DNA from: an uncultured Opitutaceae bacterium | GTDB lineage: Bacteria; Verrucomicrobiota; Verrucomicrobiia; Opitutales; Opitutaceae | Length of the DNA: 41,214 bases | Direction of reading: 5' to 3' | Assembly (NCBI GenBank): GCA_964518665.1 | Contig: CAZFHG010000002.1 | Span: 1-41,214, forward strand | Part shown: in pieces, positions 1 to 8,718 of the stretch | Numbering within the stretch: the stretch's first letter is position 1 | How the letters are laid out: the number at the start of each line of letters is the position of its first letter | Position numbers and translations under genes: made by a program | The notes under the pieces: generated by a model | The model's database searches: none | Told to the model about the DNA's origin: nothing | Seen by the model: the letters and a program-made list of their open reading frames with translations, nothing else

Positions 1-47
1 TTTCAGGTTGCCCAGACTAACACCAGCCCTGGCTCCGTTTCAGGCGG

Positions 48-536
48 TCACGTCACAGTCGGCAACGCATGCCTTCTGATGAGAAAACAAAACCCATGAG
101 AACCTGCGATGGTGATGACATCAACTTGCCGCGACTTGAGTGGGAGAATGAAAGCCGCGAGGAGATTCGCATACGACAACCCGGGCGACTCGGTCACGTG
201 AAAGAGCTGCCAGTCGCGATCTCCAGTTACATGAATAGGCACCAGTTCGGTGGCGCAGAGGATCGAAGTTTCGGCGGTGCTGTGACAGAAACAAATGAAG
301 GCACCCCCGATCCAATCCGGTACCGCGCAGCCGGGTGGCAACGAACACGACGTGAAATCACCGAGGAGCTGTTCAAACCGGCAGGAATGAATCGCAGCGG
401 CTTGGTTGCCCCCGGGAAATGGCAACGATGCATCGATCGGTCCCGGTCTATCAGGTGGCGGAGTCAGCGGGAAAATCGGATTGCTAGCCGTGGCGGCTGA
501 GGTTTCGAAGTTCGAACAGGACATTGACCTGACCAT
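48..536 (-). CDS. hypothetical Cys-rich protein (coding status and strand unresolved)
   Basis: This is the longest ORF in the lower-GC first ~930 bp. It has 9 Cys in 162 aa and matches no family I recognise. A 143-aa ORF on the + strand (69-500) covers the same DNA antisense and has a slightly more coding-like codon-position-1 purine bias by hand count. There is no clear SD. Confidence 0.2.
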   Translation of the reverse strand: MVRSMSCSNFETSAATASNPIFPLTPPPDRPGPIDASLPFPGGNQAAAIHSCRFEQLLGDFTSCSLPPGCAVPDWIGGAFICFCHSTAETSILCATELVPIHVTGDRDWQLFHVTESPGLSYANLLAAFILPLKSRQVDVITIAGSHGFCFLIRRHALPTVT

Positions 537-755
537 GTGATTTAGAGCGGGCCACCATCGGTGTACTGACCCGACGGTGGCCGCCTACCTGAACACAACA
601 GTAACACTTCCCCCGCCCATGCGGGATTTGGGTTGGCGTGATGCCTTAGAGTAAGACGCTTTGGGTGGGTAACGCCCTACACATATGACACACGCAGCGT
701 AAAAACCTGCGACTTGTGGTGTCTCGTTATCCGGCCCGCGAGTTTGCTGGCAACC

Positions 756-839
756 AGTAGAGCAGGTCTTTGACCTGCTCAGGCCCAATCGCTATCGCGG
801 GCCCAGAATGGGAGCTCACAGGCCTGCCCCACTTCAAGG
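756..839. repeat. A-family palindromic element (degenerate copy)
   Basis: The left arm is AGTAGAGCAGGTCTTTGACCTGC and the right end is ..GGCCTGCCCCACTTCAAGG. The same flank (CTACTTCAAGG) occurs in the copy at 22268-22347. Confidence 0.6.
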
Positions 840-932
840 CATCTTATGGAGAGAATGCCCCGGCGCATTCAAAAGTTGGCCGCTGCCGGATACCGCCAAG
901 TGGCGGAGACGGCTTCCAAAACACCGGCCTGG

Positions 933-1583
933 TCACTCGTTCAAAAGCGTGGCCACATGCACCCGGTTCTTGGCACCGAGTTTGCGAAAGATGGAGGCGA
1001 GCTGGGTCTTGATCGTGAGCGGGCTGCGATGAAGCGCCTGTGCGATCTCCGGCGTGGTGAGCCCCTCGCGTACTCGCAGGGCAACCTCCCGCTCCCGGAA
1101 CGAGAGCCGGGCCAGGAGATTGAGGGCGGAACGGGACAACTCCCGATGGCGGTCACCCCGTGGCCGCCGGTAGTCCAACCGGAGGTAACAGACGGGATCA
1201 CTGCCATCGGCCGGGAGTTGCACCCGGACCACCGCATAGAGCCCGCGCTCAGGCTCGGCCACTGACAGGGGTGGTGGAATCTCACCTGTCACCACCAAAG
1301 TCTTGATCGAGGAGCGGCAGGCCGTGCGCAACACCTCGGGCAGGACAAATCCGGAACAATCCAAAGGCAGGGCATCGCCGCCTTGCGGCCGGCCGTTCCA
1401 CACCGAGCAGACCACACTCGCCTCCTCGTTGAACCACAGGGCGATACCATCAGCGCCCACCAGCACGAGTCCGATGGGCACATCCGCCAGCATGGCCTGG
1501 ACCAGGGGCAGCAGCCGGGCCGTGTCCGCCGTGGCCAGCAATTCAGTCATCGGGAAGCAATTGTTCGCCATGCCGCTCACCAT
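933..1583 (-). CDS. LuxR/GerE-family transcriptional regulator with N-terminal sensor-like domain
   Basis: The C-terminus is a GerE-type HTH (LSFREREVALRVREGLTTPEIAQALHRSPLTIKTQLASIFRKLGAKNRVHVATLL). The ATG at 1583 overlaps the upstream stop (ATGGTGA). The open frame extends to 1637, and alternative ATGs lie at 1571 and 1550. Confidence 0.8.
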   Translation of the reverse strand: MVSGMANNCFPMTELLATADTARLLPLVQAMLADVPIGLVLVGADGIALWFNEEASVVCSVWNGRPQGGDALPLDCSGFVLPEVLRTACRSSIKTLVVTGEIPPPLSVAEPERGLYAVVRVQLPADGSDPVCYLRLDYRRPRGDRHRELSRSALNLLARLSFREREVALRVREGLTTPEIAQALHRSPLTIKTQLASIFRKLGAKNRVHVATLLNE

Positions 1584-2065
1584 GGCGGCACACCCGGTGT
1601 TGTCGCCCGGGCCGCAGGCATGGCAAAGCCGGCGCACGGCCCCTCCTTGAGGTCCGACAATACATAACTCGGATGAATCGTCTGGGATCTGATCGGGCGA
1701 CAGTTGATCTCAATCGCCCGATTGCCCAGGCCGGCCTCAACAAAGTGAGCCAGATGGGCCTCCTTTGCGTCCGGCGATACATAGGCATAAGCCAACACGG
1801 CAAGGACATCGCCGGGTTGAAATATCTGCGTGAGGCTGCCGCGCACCTGAACCTCGCCCGCAGTGCCCTGACAAACAGACGTGACCGTCCGATTGCACTC
1901 GCGAGTCCAAAGCTCAACCTGCTCCAGCTCATCCAACCGGGCCGCCCAGAGCAGTTCCGGATCGAGCACGAGAGCCTCGGATCCACCGGGATCAAGCGCC
2001 GTCACCACCAAGGGTCGCAGGTAGGCTCGCAACATTTTGCGATAGGAGGAGGGATTCGTCAGCAT
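1577..2065 (-). CDS. hypothetical protein (possibly cupin-like beta-barrel)
   Basis: The 162-aa ORF is translationally coupled on both sides (ATGCTGA overlap with the upstream gene, ATGGTGA with the downstream one). The segment GSLTQIFQPGDVLAV resembles a cupin strand pair, but the family assignment is not secure. Confidence 0.55.
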   Translation of the reverse strand: MLTNPSSYRKMLRAYLRPLVVTALDPGGSEALVLDPELLWAARLDELEQVELWTRECNRTVTSVCQGTAGEVQVRGSLTQIFQPGDVLAVLAYAYVSPDAKEAHLAHFVEAGLGNRAIEINCRPIRSQTIHPSYVLSDLKEGPCAGFAMPAARATTPGVPPW

Positions 2066-2370
2066 GGGGGCAGATAGGCTTGCATGCGCCGTGCGAGTTC
2101 CAGGTCGACCCGGGTCACCTGATCGCGGGAATCATGGGTGGTAAGACGGATATCCACGCGGTTGCTGTGATTGCTCCAATCGGGATGGTGGTCGAGGGCA
2201 TCGGCCTCACTGGCCGCAAGCATCATGAAGCAGATGGCGTCATCGAAACTCAAAAAGCACGCACTGCGCACAAGGGCGTGATTCTCATGTGACCAACCCG
2301 GCAAATCGCGCAGGGCGATGGCAATTTCATCCCCGGTCAATGGCCTTAATCGCGAAGAACCCGGGCTCAT
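2059..2370 (-). CDS. 4a-hydroxytetrahydrobiopterin (pterin-4-alpha-carbinolamine) dehydratase
   Basis: The 103-aa product carries the family signature region ...ASEADALDHHPDWSNHSNRVDIRLTTHD... (HHPxW...V.I.L.TH). Its start overlaps the upstream stop as ATGA. Confidence 0.85.
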   Translation of the reverse strand: MSPGSSRLRPLTGDEIAIALRDLPGWSHENHALVRSACFLSFDDAICFMMLAASEADALDHHPDWSNHSNRVDIRLTTHDSRDQVTRVDLELARRMQAYLPPC

Positions 2371-2714
2371 GACTGGCGATGCGCGCAGACCGCCGAGCGA
2401 TGGAGTTCCCGCGCGAGGGCGAAGGCTTCGGATAAGTCCGGCCAGGCAATGCCGGCTTTTCGCTCCGCCGGAGAAAGGTCATGCACCCCAGAATGAAAAG
2501 CGCGCACATGTACCACCTTCCCATCGTTTATCTCCACGTAGAGTTCACCGGTCCGACTATGGCCAAAGAGTTGAAAACGCCATGTCTGGTCGCCCTGCAA
2601 GGGACCATCATGGTAGACGACGCAGTGACTGCTTGCTTTAAGCGCGGCTAGACATTGAGCAGGATGAGGCAAGCAACCGCTGACTGGCATTGGCAGGTCG
2701 ATACCATCCCTCAT
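2367..2714 (-). CDS. hypothetical small protein (weak PepSY-like pattern)
   Basis: This 115-aa ORF is the first gene of the coupled four-gene string. The segment TWRFQLFGHSRTGELYVEINDGKVVHV loosely resembles a PepSY-type beta-hairpin. No signal peptide is visible. Confidence 0.5.
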   Translation of the reverse strand: MRDGIDLPMPVSGCLPHPAQCLAALKASSHCVVYHDGPLQGDQTWRFQLFGHSRTGELYVEINDGKVVHVRAFHSGVHDLSPAERKAGIAWPDLSEAFALARELHRSAVCAHRQS

Positions 2715-2840
2715 ACCCGCCCCTCCTGCGCTAAACCTGCGTGCAGAAACAGATCACTCACCCCCACTGGGGTGGCTCCTGCAGACAAATTGCAGCGGAA
2801 TGCTAACCATGGTGCGTAAGATATTGGGGTATTGAGCATG

Positions 2841-2883
2841 AGTAAAATAAAGTGCTGCTGCCGGAGAAACCTCCGGCAGCAGC
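2841..2883 (-). terminator. Rho-independent terminator candidate
   Basis: A perfect 13-bp stem GCTGCTGCCGGAG/CTCCGGCAGCAGC with a 4-nt loop lies at 2854-2883. On the minus strand it is followed by ACTTTATTTTACT. It sits about 325 nt downstream of the TonB-dependent receptor stop. Confidence 0.6.
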
Positions 2884-3019
2884 GACCAAACAACACAACT
2901 GAGACAAATCACCGATGGCACGGATGAGCCCACGGGATGTCAGTAAGCTAAGACGCAACAGCAGCCCCGGACCCCTAACATTGAGGCTGTAATTACGCTG
3001 AAAGGAGCAGAGCCCGGCA

Positions 3020-3099
3020 GTAGGGCATGTCTCTGACCTGCCTATTAACGCTTACTTGCGGATGAGGCGTCCAATGGCGGGTCACAGACCCACCCTACT
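3020..3099. repeat. A-family palindromic element
   Basis: The arms are GTAGGGCATGTCTCTGACCTGCC ... GGCGGGTCACAGACCCACCCTAC. The spacer resembles that of the copy at 20801. Confidence 0.8.
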
Positions 3100-3111
3100 G
3101 AACAGCGCAGT

Positions 3112-3174
3112 TGTAGGAGCAGCTTTATGCCGCGATCAAATGCACCAAATCACGGCATAAAGCCGCTCCTACAG
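3112..3174. repeat. B-family palindromic element
   Basis: The sequence is TGTAGGAGCAGCTTTATGCCGCGAT-N-CACGGCATAAAGCCGCTCCTACA, with near-perfect 20-nt arms. It lies 12 nt after an A-family copy. Confidence 0.85.
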
Positions 3175-3207
3175 TTCAAACCTCTGTACAATCCTCTCTC
3201 CAAAGCC

Positions 3208-5487
3208 TCAGAAACGGCGCCGCACGGTGAAACGTACATGTCGTGGTAATTCGCGAGTCACAAGATCCGCACCGGCAAAAGGTGAACTGGTCGGCCGCCA
3301 ATTGAACTCATCGGTAGCATTGAGCAGGTCACAGGACAGGCTCCAATCCCGGTGCCGGAGAAACCCACCGACATTCCAAGTCTCCTGTGCCGGAATTACT
3401 ACCCGGCCAAAGAGGTCGAGGTTCTGCGAGCCCTGGAGACTGCCCCAGAATCTCAGACCCCAACCGGACGGAGCGAGATACGTGGCAGTCAGGTTCGCGA
3501 TCCAGCGTGGCAGACCCGGCACCCGATAATTGCCACGGGCATAAGCCGGGAAATTGTCGCTGGGGCGGGCGGAATCGAACTGCGGCACGGTGGCAATCCC
3601 GCCCGGCAACGGCCCATCACGATACGAAGCAGCAAGGTAACTCGCATTGCCTGTCAGCGTAATCGCCGGGAACAGCTTCCACTCGCCGGCCGCCTCCACG
3701 CCGCGGACTCGTAACTCGTCCGGGAGACCAAACCGGGGATTGGTCCGCACACGGTCCTGCTGATATAGTGCAAGCTGACCGGAGAGCCGATGGTCAACCG
3801 TCCGGAATCGCGCACCAATTTCGATGAGGTCACTGGCATTTTCAAAAAGTTCACCAGGCAAATGGTTATTCGTGAGGCCATGACCGCCGGAGCCGGAGGA
3901 CGGTTCAGCCGCCGCAGCGCGATTGAGCGTCATGTAAGGTGAAAATAGTCCGTTGGTGCCCCACGCCAGACTTACCGTACCGGCGGGTAAAATTTTCCTG
4001 ATCGAACCACTCACGGGCAAGAAACCCGGGGCCAGCAAGGGGTCCTCGCTGTCAGCGTGCACCAAATCGGCCCTCGCCCCCAATATCAGGGTGAAACTCC
4101 CCGGCAGCGTTAGCGCGTCCTGTAAAAAAACTCCTGCGTTCGCGACCTTTGAGTGCAGGGTCTGGCTGAGTGAGGTCGTCGGAAAAGCGGCGTAGCGCGC
4201 ACCGGACACAGCATGGCGCCCGGGCCGGCCTGGCACCGGTCTGACGCCGAAGAGTTGCGCCGTCGGAAAACGGTAGGTCGCAGGATCGAGCGTGAGGTCG
4301 AAGGCGTTCATCGCCTCATTGAAGAAGTCCACGTAGCTGATGCGCTCCTCGGCACGGAAGGCGACACCCCAAAGCAGGTCGTGCCCCACTCCCGCCCAGT
4401 TATGTTTCTCCCGGACTTCCGTCCGGTTCTCGAGCGTGAGGCTGCGGGGTAGATAACTGTAGAATGTGTAAGCTGCGTATTTCTCGCTGGTGACCCGCTC
4501 GAAATAGGTGCGGTTGACGATCTGTCGTCCAGCGGAGGAGCCAAACGTGCCGGTCAATTGCGCAACCTGTGCACGGGCCCAGCCCTGGTCGTCCGGTCCG
4601 AGGAGAATCTGCGATCCATCGACCCGCACGATGCCGGTCGGAGTGAAGGTGTTGCCGAAATACGAACCGGTGCCGCCATTTTGCACCGAGGAGCCCGTGA
4701 CATATTCGCCGCGGTCGATCAGCGCCTGCGTGGGACGATTGATACCGGGGTTCTCGGCATACGCGACCTGATAGGTCTCCGCGTTGAAATCCCAGCTCAC
4801 ATCAGTCTGCGGTCGCCAGGTAAACGCGAGATAACCCGACCACGACCGCTCGCCGAGCAACCGGTAGAAACTGTTCGCATCGCGCCGCTCAAGACTCACG
4901 CGATAGGCCAGTTGCGACGAGAGCGGACCGGTGGCATCGAACTGGGCGCGAAAATCCTGCCACGATCCGGAAGTGAGCGTGAATTCGGCCCGCGGCTGGA
5001 AGGCCGGGGCTTTGGTCACGAAATTGAGCAACCCGCCCGTGCCATTGGTGAGTCCAAATGCCGCCGGCGGCGCACCGGCGAGCACCTCAACGGCCTCGAC
5101 TGCGTTGAATGAAACCGGAAAGACGTTGCGATTGTAGGCCCGGCGCTGGCCGTTCCAGGCCGCGTCCCCGAGGTCACCGCGAATCAACGGCACACCCGTG
5201 AGGCCATAGGGAGGTGCACTCACGGCCCCGCGTACCAGGGGTGAAAGGTCTTCGACGCGATTCACTGCGAACGCCGCCAATATGTCTTCGTTCACCCGCG
5301 ACACCGCCCGCGTGCTTCCGGCCTCGGTCACGAAGGCGAAACCGCCAGCCGGCCGGTCTTCACGCGAGGTCTCGGCCACATACTCGGGCAACCGCACGAC
5401 ACTGTCTGTTGCCGGCAATGACTGACCCCAAGCGCCGGGCAGCAAAGCCGCCGCCGCCAGAAGAAAAAAGGATGGGATTAATTTCAT
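3208..5487 (-). CDS. TonB-dependent outer-membrane receptor
   Basis: The 759-aa product has an N-terminal signal peptide (MKLIPSFFLLAAAALLPGAWGQ), a plug-domain-like region (VEAVEVLAGAPPAAFGLTNGTGGLLNFVTK) and a C-terminal aromatic residue (..FTVRRRF) typical of a beta-barrel. Confidence 0.85.
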   Translation of the reverse strand: MKLIPSFFLLAAAALLPGAWGQSLPATDSVVRLPEYVAETSREDRPAGGFAFVTEAGSTRAVSRVNEDILAAFAVNRVEDLSPLVRGAVSAPPYGLTGVPLIRGDLGDAAWNGQRRAYNRNVFPVSFNAVEAVEVLAGAPPAAFGLTNGTGGLLNFVTKAPAFQPRAEFTLTSGSWQDFRAQFDATGPLSSQLAYRVSLERRDANSFYRLLGERSWSGYLAFTWRPQTDVSWDFNAETYQVAYAENPGINRPTQALIDRGEYVTGSSVQNGGTGSYFGNTFTPTGIVRVDGSQILLGPDDQGWARAQVAQLTGTFGSSAGRQIVNRTYFERVTSEKYAAYTFYSYLPRSLTLENRTEVREKHNWAGVGHDLLWGVAFRAEERISYVDFFNEAMNAFDLTLDPATYRFPTAQLFGVRPVPGRPGRHAVSGARYAAFPTTSLSQTLHSKVANAGVFLQDALTLPGSFTLILGARADLVHADSEDPLLAPGFLPVSGSIRKILPAGTVSLAWGTNGLFSPYMTLNRAAAAEPSSGSGGHGLTNNHLPGELFENASDLIEIGARFRTVDHRLSGQLALYQQDRVRTNPRFGLPDELRVRGVEAAGEWKLFPAITLTGNASYLAASYRDGPLPGGIATVPQFDSARPSDNFPAYARGNYRVPGLPRWIANLTATYLAPSGWGLRFWGSLQGSQNLDLFGRVVIPAQETWNVGGFLRHRDWSLSCDLLNATDEFNWRPTSSPFAGADLVTRELPRHVRFTVRRRF

Positions 5488-5566
5488 TGGAATAAATGCA
5501 GGCCCGCCAATGCCCGGAGTGCAGCGGGCGCGCTGCTCCCTTGGACCGGCCGATGACAGGGACCAA

Positions 5567-5938
5567 TCAGGCGGGTTGCACTGCCGCCAGGCGGGCGGAA
5601 GTCACTTGGTTGCCCAGCGCAAGGAGGACAACCCGCACCTTGTGGAAGCGCACTTCACGGGGCTGAAGCCGGACATATGCTGCCACGATCACGAGATCGC
5701 CCACCCGCACGAGCTGCGCGGCGGCTCCATTCACCTGGATCTGCCCGGGCTCGCCGTAGATCACATAGGTTGTGAAACGGGCGCCATTAGTGATGTCATA
5801 GACATCCACCTGTTCAAATTCGCTCAGATTCGCCTCCCGGCACAGGGCCCGATCGATCGAGATCGAACCTTCGTAATCGGGATCGGCGGCCGTGAGCGTG
5901 GCGCGATGGAGTTTGGATTTGAGAAAGGTCAGTTGCAT
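5567..5938 (-). CDS. panD: aspartate 1-decarboxylase
   Basis: MQLTFLKSKLHRATLTAADPDYEGSISID contains the pyruvoyl self-cleavage motif (YEG|S). The length and the rest of the sequence align with PanD. Confidence 0.92.
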   Translation of the reverse strand: MQLTFLKSKLHRATLTAADPDYEGSISIDRALCREANLSEFEQVDVYDITNGARFTTYVIYGEPGQIQVNGAAAQLVRVGDLVIVAAYVRLQPREVRFHKVRVVLLALGNQVTSARLAAVQPA

Positions 5939-5944
5939 TCGAAA

Positions 5945-6733
5945 TCAAGAGGGGCGGACAGGTTCTCGGTTCAACTTTACGGCGTGCTTCAGGCCGTCCA
6001 GGACCAGTTCCGGCACAATCTCATCGAAGAGCCGCTCCGTCTCGAACATGCGGGCGAACCCGCCTGTACCGATGACGTAGGGTTTGCCGCCGGCAAAAGT
6101 CTCGGCCGCGATGGAATTGATCAGATGCCGGATGGCCCCGACATGCCCATGGTAGAGCCCGGAATTGATGCTTTCGGCCGTGGTCCGGCCCAGAGGTGAC
6201 TCGGGACGCACAATCTGGACGTGGGGCAGTTTGGCGGTGTGGCCAGCAAGGGCCGCGGCGGAGACACCGACGCCGGGCAGGATTGCACCACCGAGATACT
6301 CACCCGTGGCGGTAACCACATCGAGGGTCGTGGCTGTACCGCAGTCCACGATGATGAGATTCCGAGCCGGATGGCGGAGCGTGCCGCCAATCGCATTGGC
6401 AATGCGGTCGGCGCCCACCTCGTGGGGATTGCGATAGAGCACCTTGAGCCCGGTTTTTACCCCGGCCTGGAGGATGAGCGGTTCGGCGTGGTGGTACTCG
6501 ACACAGGCCCTTTGCAGCGAATGCAGCGCCGCTGGCACGACCGAGCACAGTGCGATCTGTTTGATCTGCTCGGGCTGAATGCCGTGGGCGCGAAGCACCG
6601 CCGCGAAAAAGACCCCGAGTTCGTCGGATGTTGCGAGCGGGTGCGTGGACTTGCGAAACGTGCAACGCAGGGTGTCGCCGTCGAAGACCCCGCCGAGAAT
6701 CTGGCTGTTGCCGACATCAAGACAAAGGAGCAT
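5945..6733 (-). CDS. coaX: type III pantothenate kinase
   Basis: MLLCLDVGNSQILGGVF... is the classic CoaX N-terminus, and the ASKHA fold motifs DCGTATT and GTGGFA are present. The ATG is at 6733. The annotated ORF extension to 6886 would overlap coaBC. Confidence 0.9.
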   Translation of the reverse strand: MLLCLDVGNSQILGGVFDGDTLRCTFRKSTHPLATSDELGVFFAAVLRAHGIQPEQIKQIALCSVVPAALHSLQRACVEYHHAEPLILQAGVKTGLKVLYRNPHEVGADRIANAIGGTLRHPARNLIIVDCGTATTLDVVTATGEYLGGAILPGVGVSAAALAGHTAKLPHVQIVRPESPLGRTTAESINSGLYHGHVGAIRHLINSIAAETFAGGKPYVIGTGGFARMFETERLFDEIVPELVLDGLKHAVKLNREPVRPS

Positions 6734-7979
6734 GGGAGGTGGGAGTTGAAGTTGTGATGGACTGGGAAAGCAGTTCCTCGAGACGTACCGCGATTTCGGT
6801 GCGCGTGGCGCAAGCCCAAAGCGCGCGATCGGCGCCGCGATGGATCGTCGCCGGAAACTGGTCCGGTCCGTCACCGCGCTGCGCATTGTCGTTGTGCACC
6901 ACGAAGTCGGCCCCGGCCCGGTTGAACAAGGTCTCGATCGCCGCCTGCGCCTCGGCGGGCGTGGCGCCAGCCGTGAGCTTGAAGGCCACCACCATGAGGC
7001 CCGGATTCCGGCTGCGCGCCCGCAGGGTGTCCACGAGCTTGGGCTGGGGCTTCAATTCAATTAGCACCTTCGCGCCCGATTCAACCTTGCCCACACCGGG
7101 CAATCGCTCGAGGCCGTCGATCCAAAGCGCCCCGATGCCAAAGTCTCCCACCGCCGCGGCGTGGATAACCGCGTCGTAGTCTGACTCGCCCAGCAACCGT
7201 GTGAGCGCCGTATCGAGTTCGGAAAAAGTCTGAAAGGTTTCATCGTGCACCGGCACGGCCGCCGTGGGTGCGACGCGGGCGCGCAGGAGGGTGACCTCGT
7301 GCCCGGCATGAGCAAAGGCGGTCGCGAAGCCGGCACCGGTGCGGCCGGTGCTGGTGTTCGTCAGGACGCGCACGCCGTCGAGCAGTTCGGAGGTGGCCCC
7401 ACTGGTGATGAGGAGGCGCAGCCGGCGGGCGGGACGTGCGAGCACGGATTCAATGGCCGTCACGATGAGCTCGGGTTCAGCCATCCGCCCCTCGCCCGTC
7501 TCACCGCAGGCGGAGCGGCCGGAGCCGGGGGCCACGAAACCGGCGCCCCATTCCTGCAGGCGGACAACCGAGGCCTGCGTGGCTGGATGGGACCACATCG
7601 CAGGATTCATGGCGGGCACTAAAAGCAGCGGTTTGTTGCGCTCACGTGCAAGCAGCAGTGCACCGGCGAGATCGTCGGCCAGACCGGCGGCAAAGCGATT
7701 CAGGCTGTGGGCCGTGACGGGACAGACGACGATGGCATCCGCCCAGCGCACGAGATCGATGTGCTCAAGCGCGGCCCCAGGGGCCCAGAGGTCCGAATAC
7801 GTAGGCTCACCGGTCAGGCCTTCGAGCGTGGCCGGACCCACAAAGCGGAGGGCGGCGGCGGTGCTCACGGTGCGCACCTTGTGCCCGCGCTGCACTAGGG
7901 CGGAAATGACCGAACAGGCCTTCGCGGCAGCGATCGATCCGGTGAGGATAAAGAGGATTTTAGAGGCGGACATGTTCAA
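6717..7979 (-). CDS. coaBC: bifunctional phosphopantothenoylcysteine decarboxylase / phosphopantothenate-cysteine ligase
   Basis: The 420-aa product has an N-terminal flavoprotein domain (KILFILTGSIAAAKA...PAMNPAMW) and a C-terminal CoaB domain (ITSGATSE...D.VR.LTN.STG). Confidence 0.92.
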   Translation of the reverse strand: MNMSASKILFILTGSIAAAKACSVISALVQRGHKVRTVSTAAALRFVGPATLEGLTGEPTYSDLWAPGAALEHIDLVRWADAIVVCPVTAHSLNRFAAGLADDLAGALLLARERNKPLLLVPAMNPAMWSHPATQASVVRLQEWGAGFVAPGSGRSACGETGEGRMAEPELIVTAIESVLARPARRLRLLITSGATSELLDGVRVLTNTSTGRTGAGFATAFAHAGHEVTLLRARVAPTAAVPVHDETFQTFSELDTALTRLLGESDYDAVIHAAAVGDFGIGALWIDGLERLPGVGKVESGAKVLIELKPQPKLVDTLRARSRNPGLMVVAFKLTAGATPAEAQAAIETLFNRAGADFVVHNDNAQRGDGPDQFPATIHRGADRALWACATRTEIAVRLEELLSQSITTSTPTSHAPLS

Positions 7980-8718
7980 TGAGGCGAATGCCCTCGAGCC
8001 GGATGGCCCCGAGTCGGGCCCCGTCGCGATCGTTTACGTAATCCACCTCGAACCCTGCCTGATGGAGCTGGCGGGTGGCAGATTCGGCGTCAGGTGCCGA
8101 ACGGAGGATTTTCGGAAAAAACGCCGCCTGGATCCGACCCTCGGGCGACAGGCGGCGGTTGCGGGAACTCATGGCGAGGCCGTCGTCTTCGCGGATCGTC
8201 GGACAGCCCACGATGTCAACGGGAAGGAAAAATGCGGCGGCTAGTCCGCGGATGAGCTCGAGTTGCTGCCAGTCCTTTTCGCCGAAGTAGGCCCGAGTGG
8301 GGGCCACGAGATTCAGAAGCTTGAGCACCACCGTGAGGACGCCGTCGAAATGACCCGGGCGGTGCGCACCCTCGAGTTCCTTGCTGAGTGCGGACTCGGT
8401 GACCCGGTAACGATACTCGTCAGGATAAAGGGCCGCGGATTCCGGCACGATCACCCAATCCGCAAATTCCTTCGCGAGTGCGAGGTCGGCATCCAGGGTG
8501 CGTGGATACTTGGCCAGATCCGTCGCATCGTTGAACTGCGTGGGATTGACGAAGATGCTCAGCACGACGCGGTCATTTTCGCGGCGGGCCCGCTCCAGCA
8601 GCGATACATGCCCACGGTGCAGGGCCCCCATGGTCGGCACAAAGCCCACCGTGCGTCCATTGAACTCCGGACCGCGGCGCAAGGTTCGCCAGGTGGATAG
8701 ATTGGTGATGAGCAGCAT
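7960..8718 (-). CDS. panC: pantoate--beta-alanine ligase
   Basis: GFVPTMGALHRGHVSLLERAR is the HIGH-type motif of PanC. The start overlaps the panB stop (TGATG). Confidence 0.92.
   Translation of the reverse strand: MLLITNLSTWRTLRRGPEFNGRTVGFVPTMGALHRGHVSLLERARRENDRVVLSIFVNPTQFNDATDLAKYPRTLDADLALAKEFADWVIVPESAALYPDEYRYRVTESALSKELEGAHRPGHFDGVLTVVLKLLNLVAPTRAYFGEKDWQQLELIRGLAAAFFLPVDIVGCPTIREDDGLAMSSRNRRLSPEGRIQAAFFPKILRSAPDAESATRQLHQAGFEVDYVNDRDGARLGAIRLEGIRLIEHVRL

Noticed and set aside
846-1265. Plus-strand ORFs (770-1012, 808-1032, 846-1265) at the 3' side of the LuxR gene.
   Set aside because: They overlap the LuxR coding sequence or an A-family repeat, and they lack any recognisable motif or SD.
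2711-2896. A 61-aa ORF in the gap between the coupled four-gene module and the receptor gene.
   Set aside because: Its N-terminal codons (CCRRFLRQQ) are simply the 13-bp terminator hairpin at 2854-2883. GC3 is low and there is no SD or homology.
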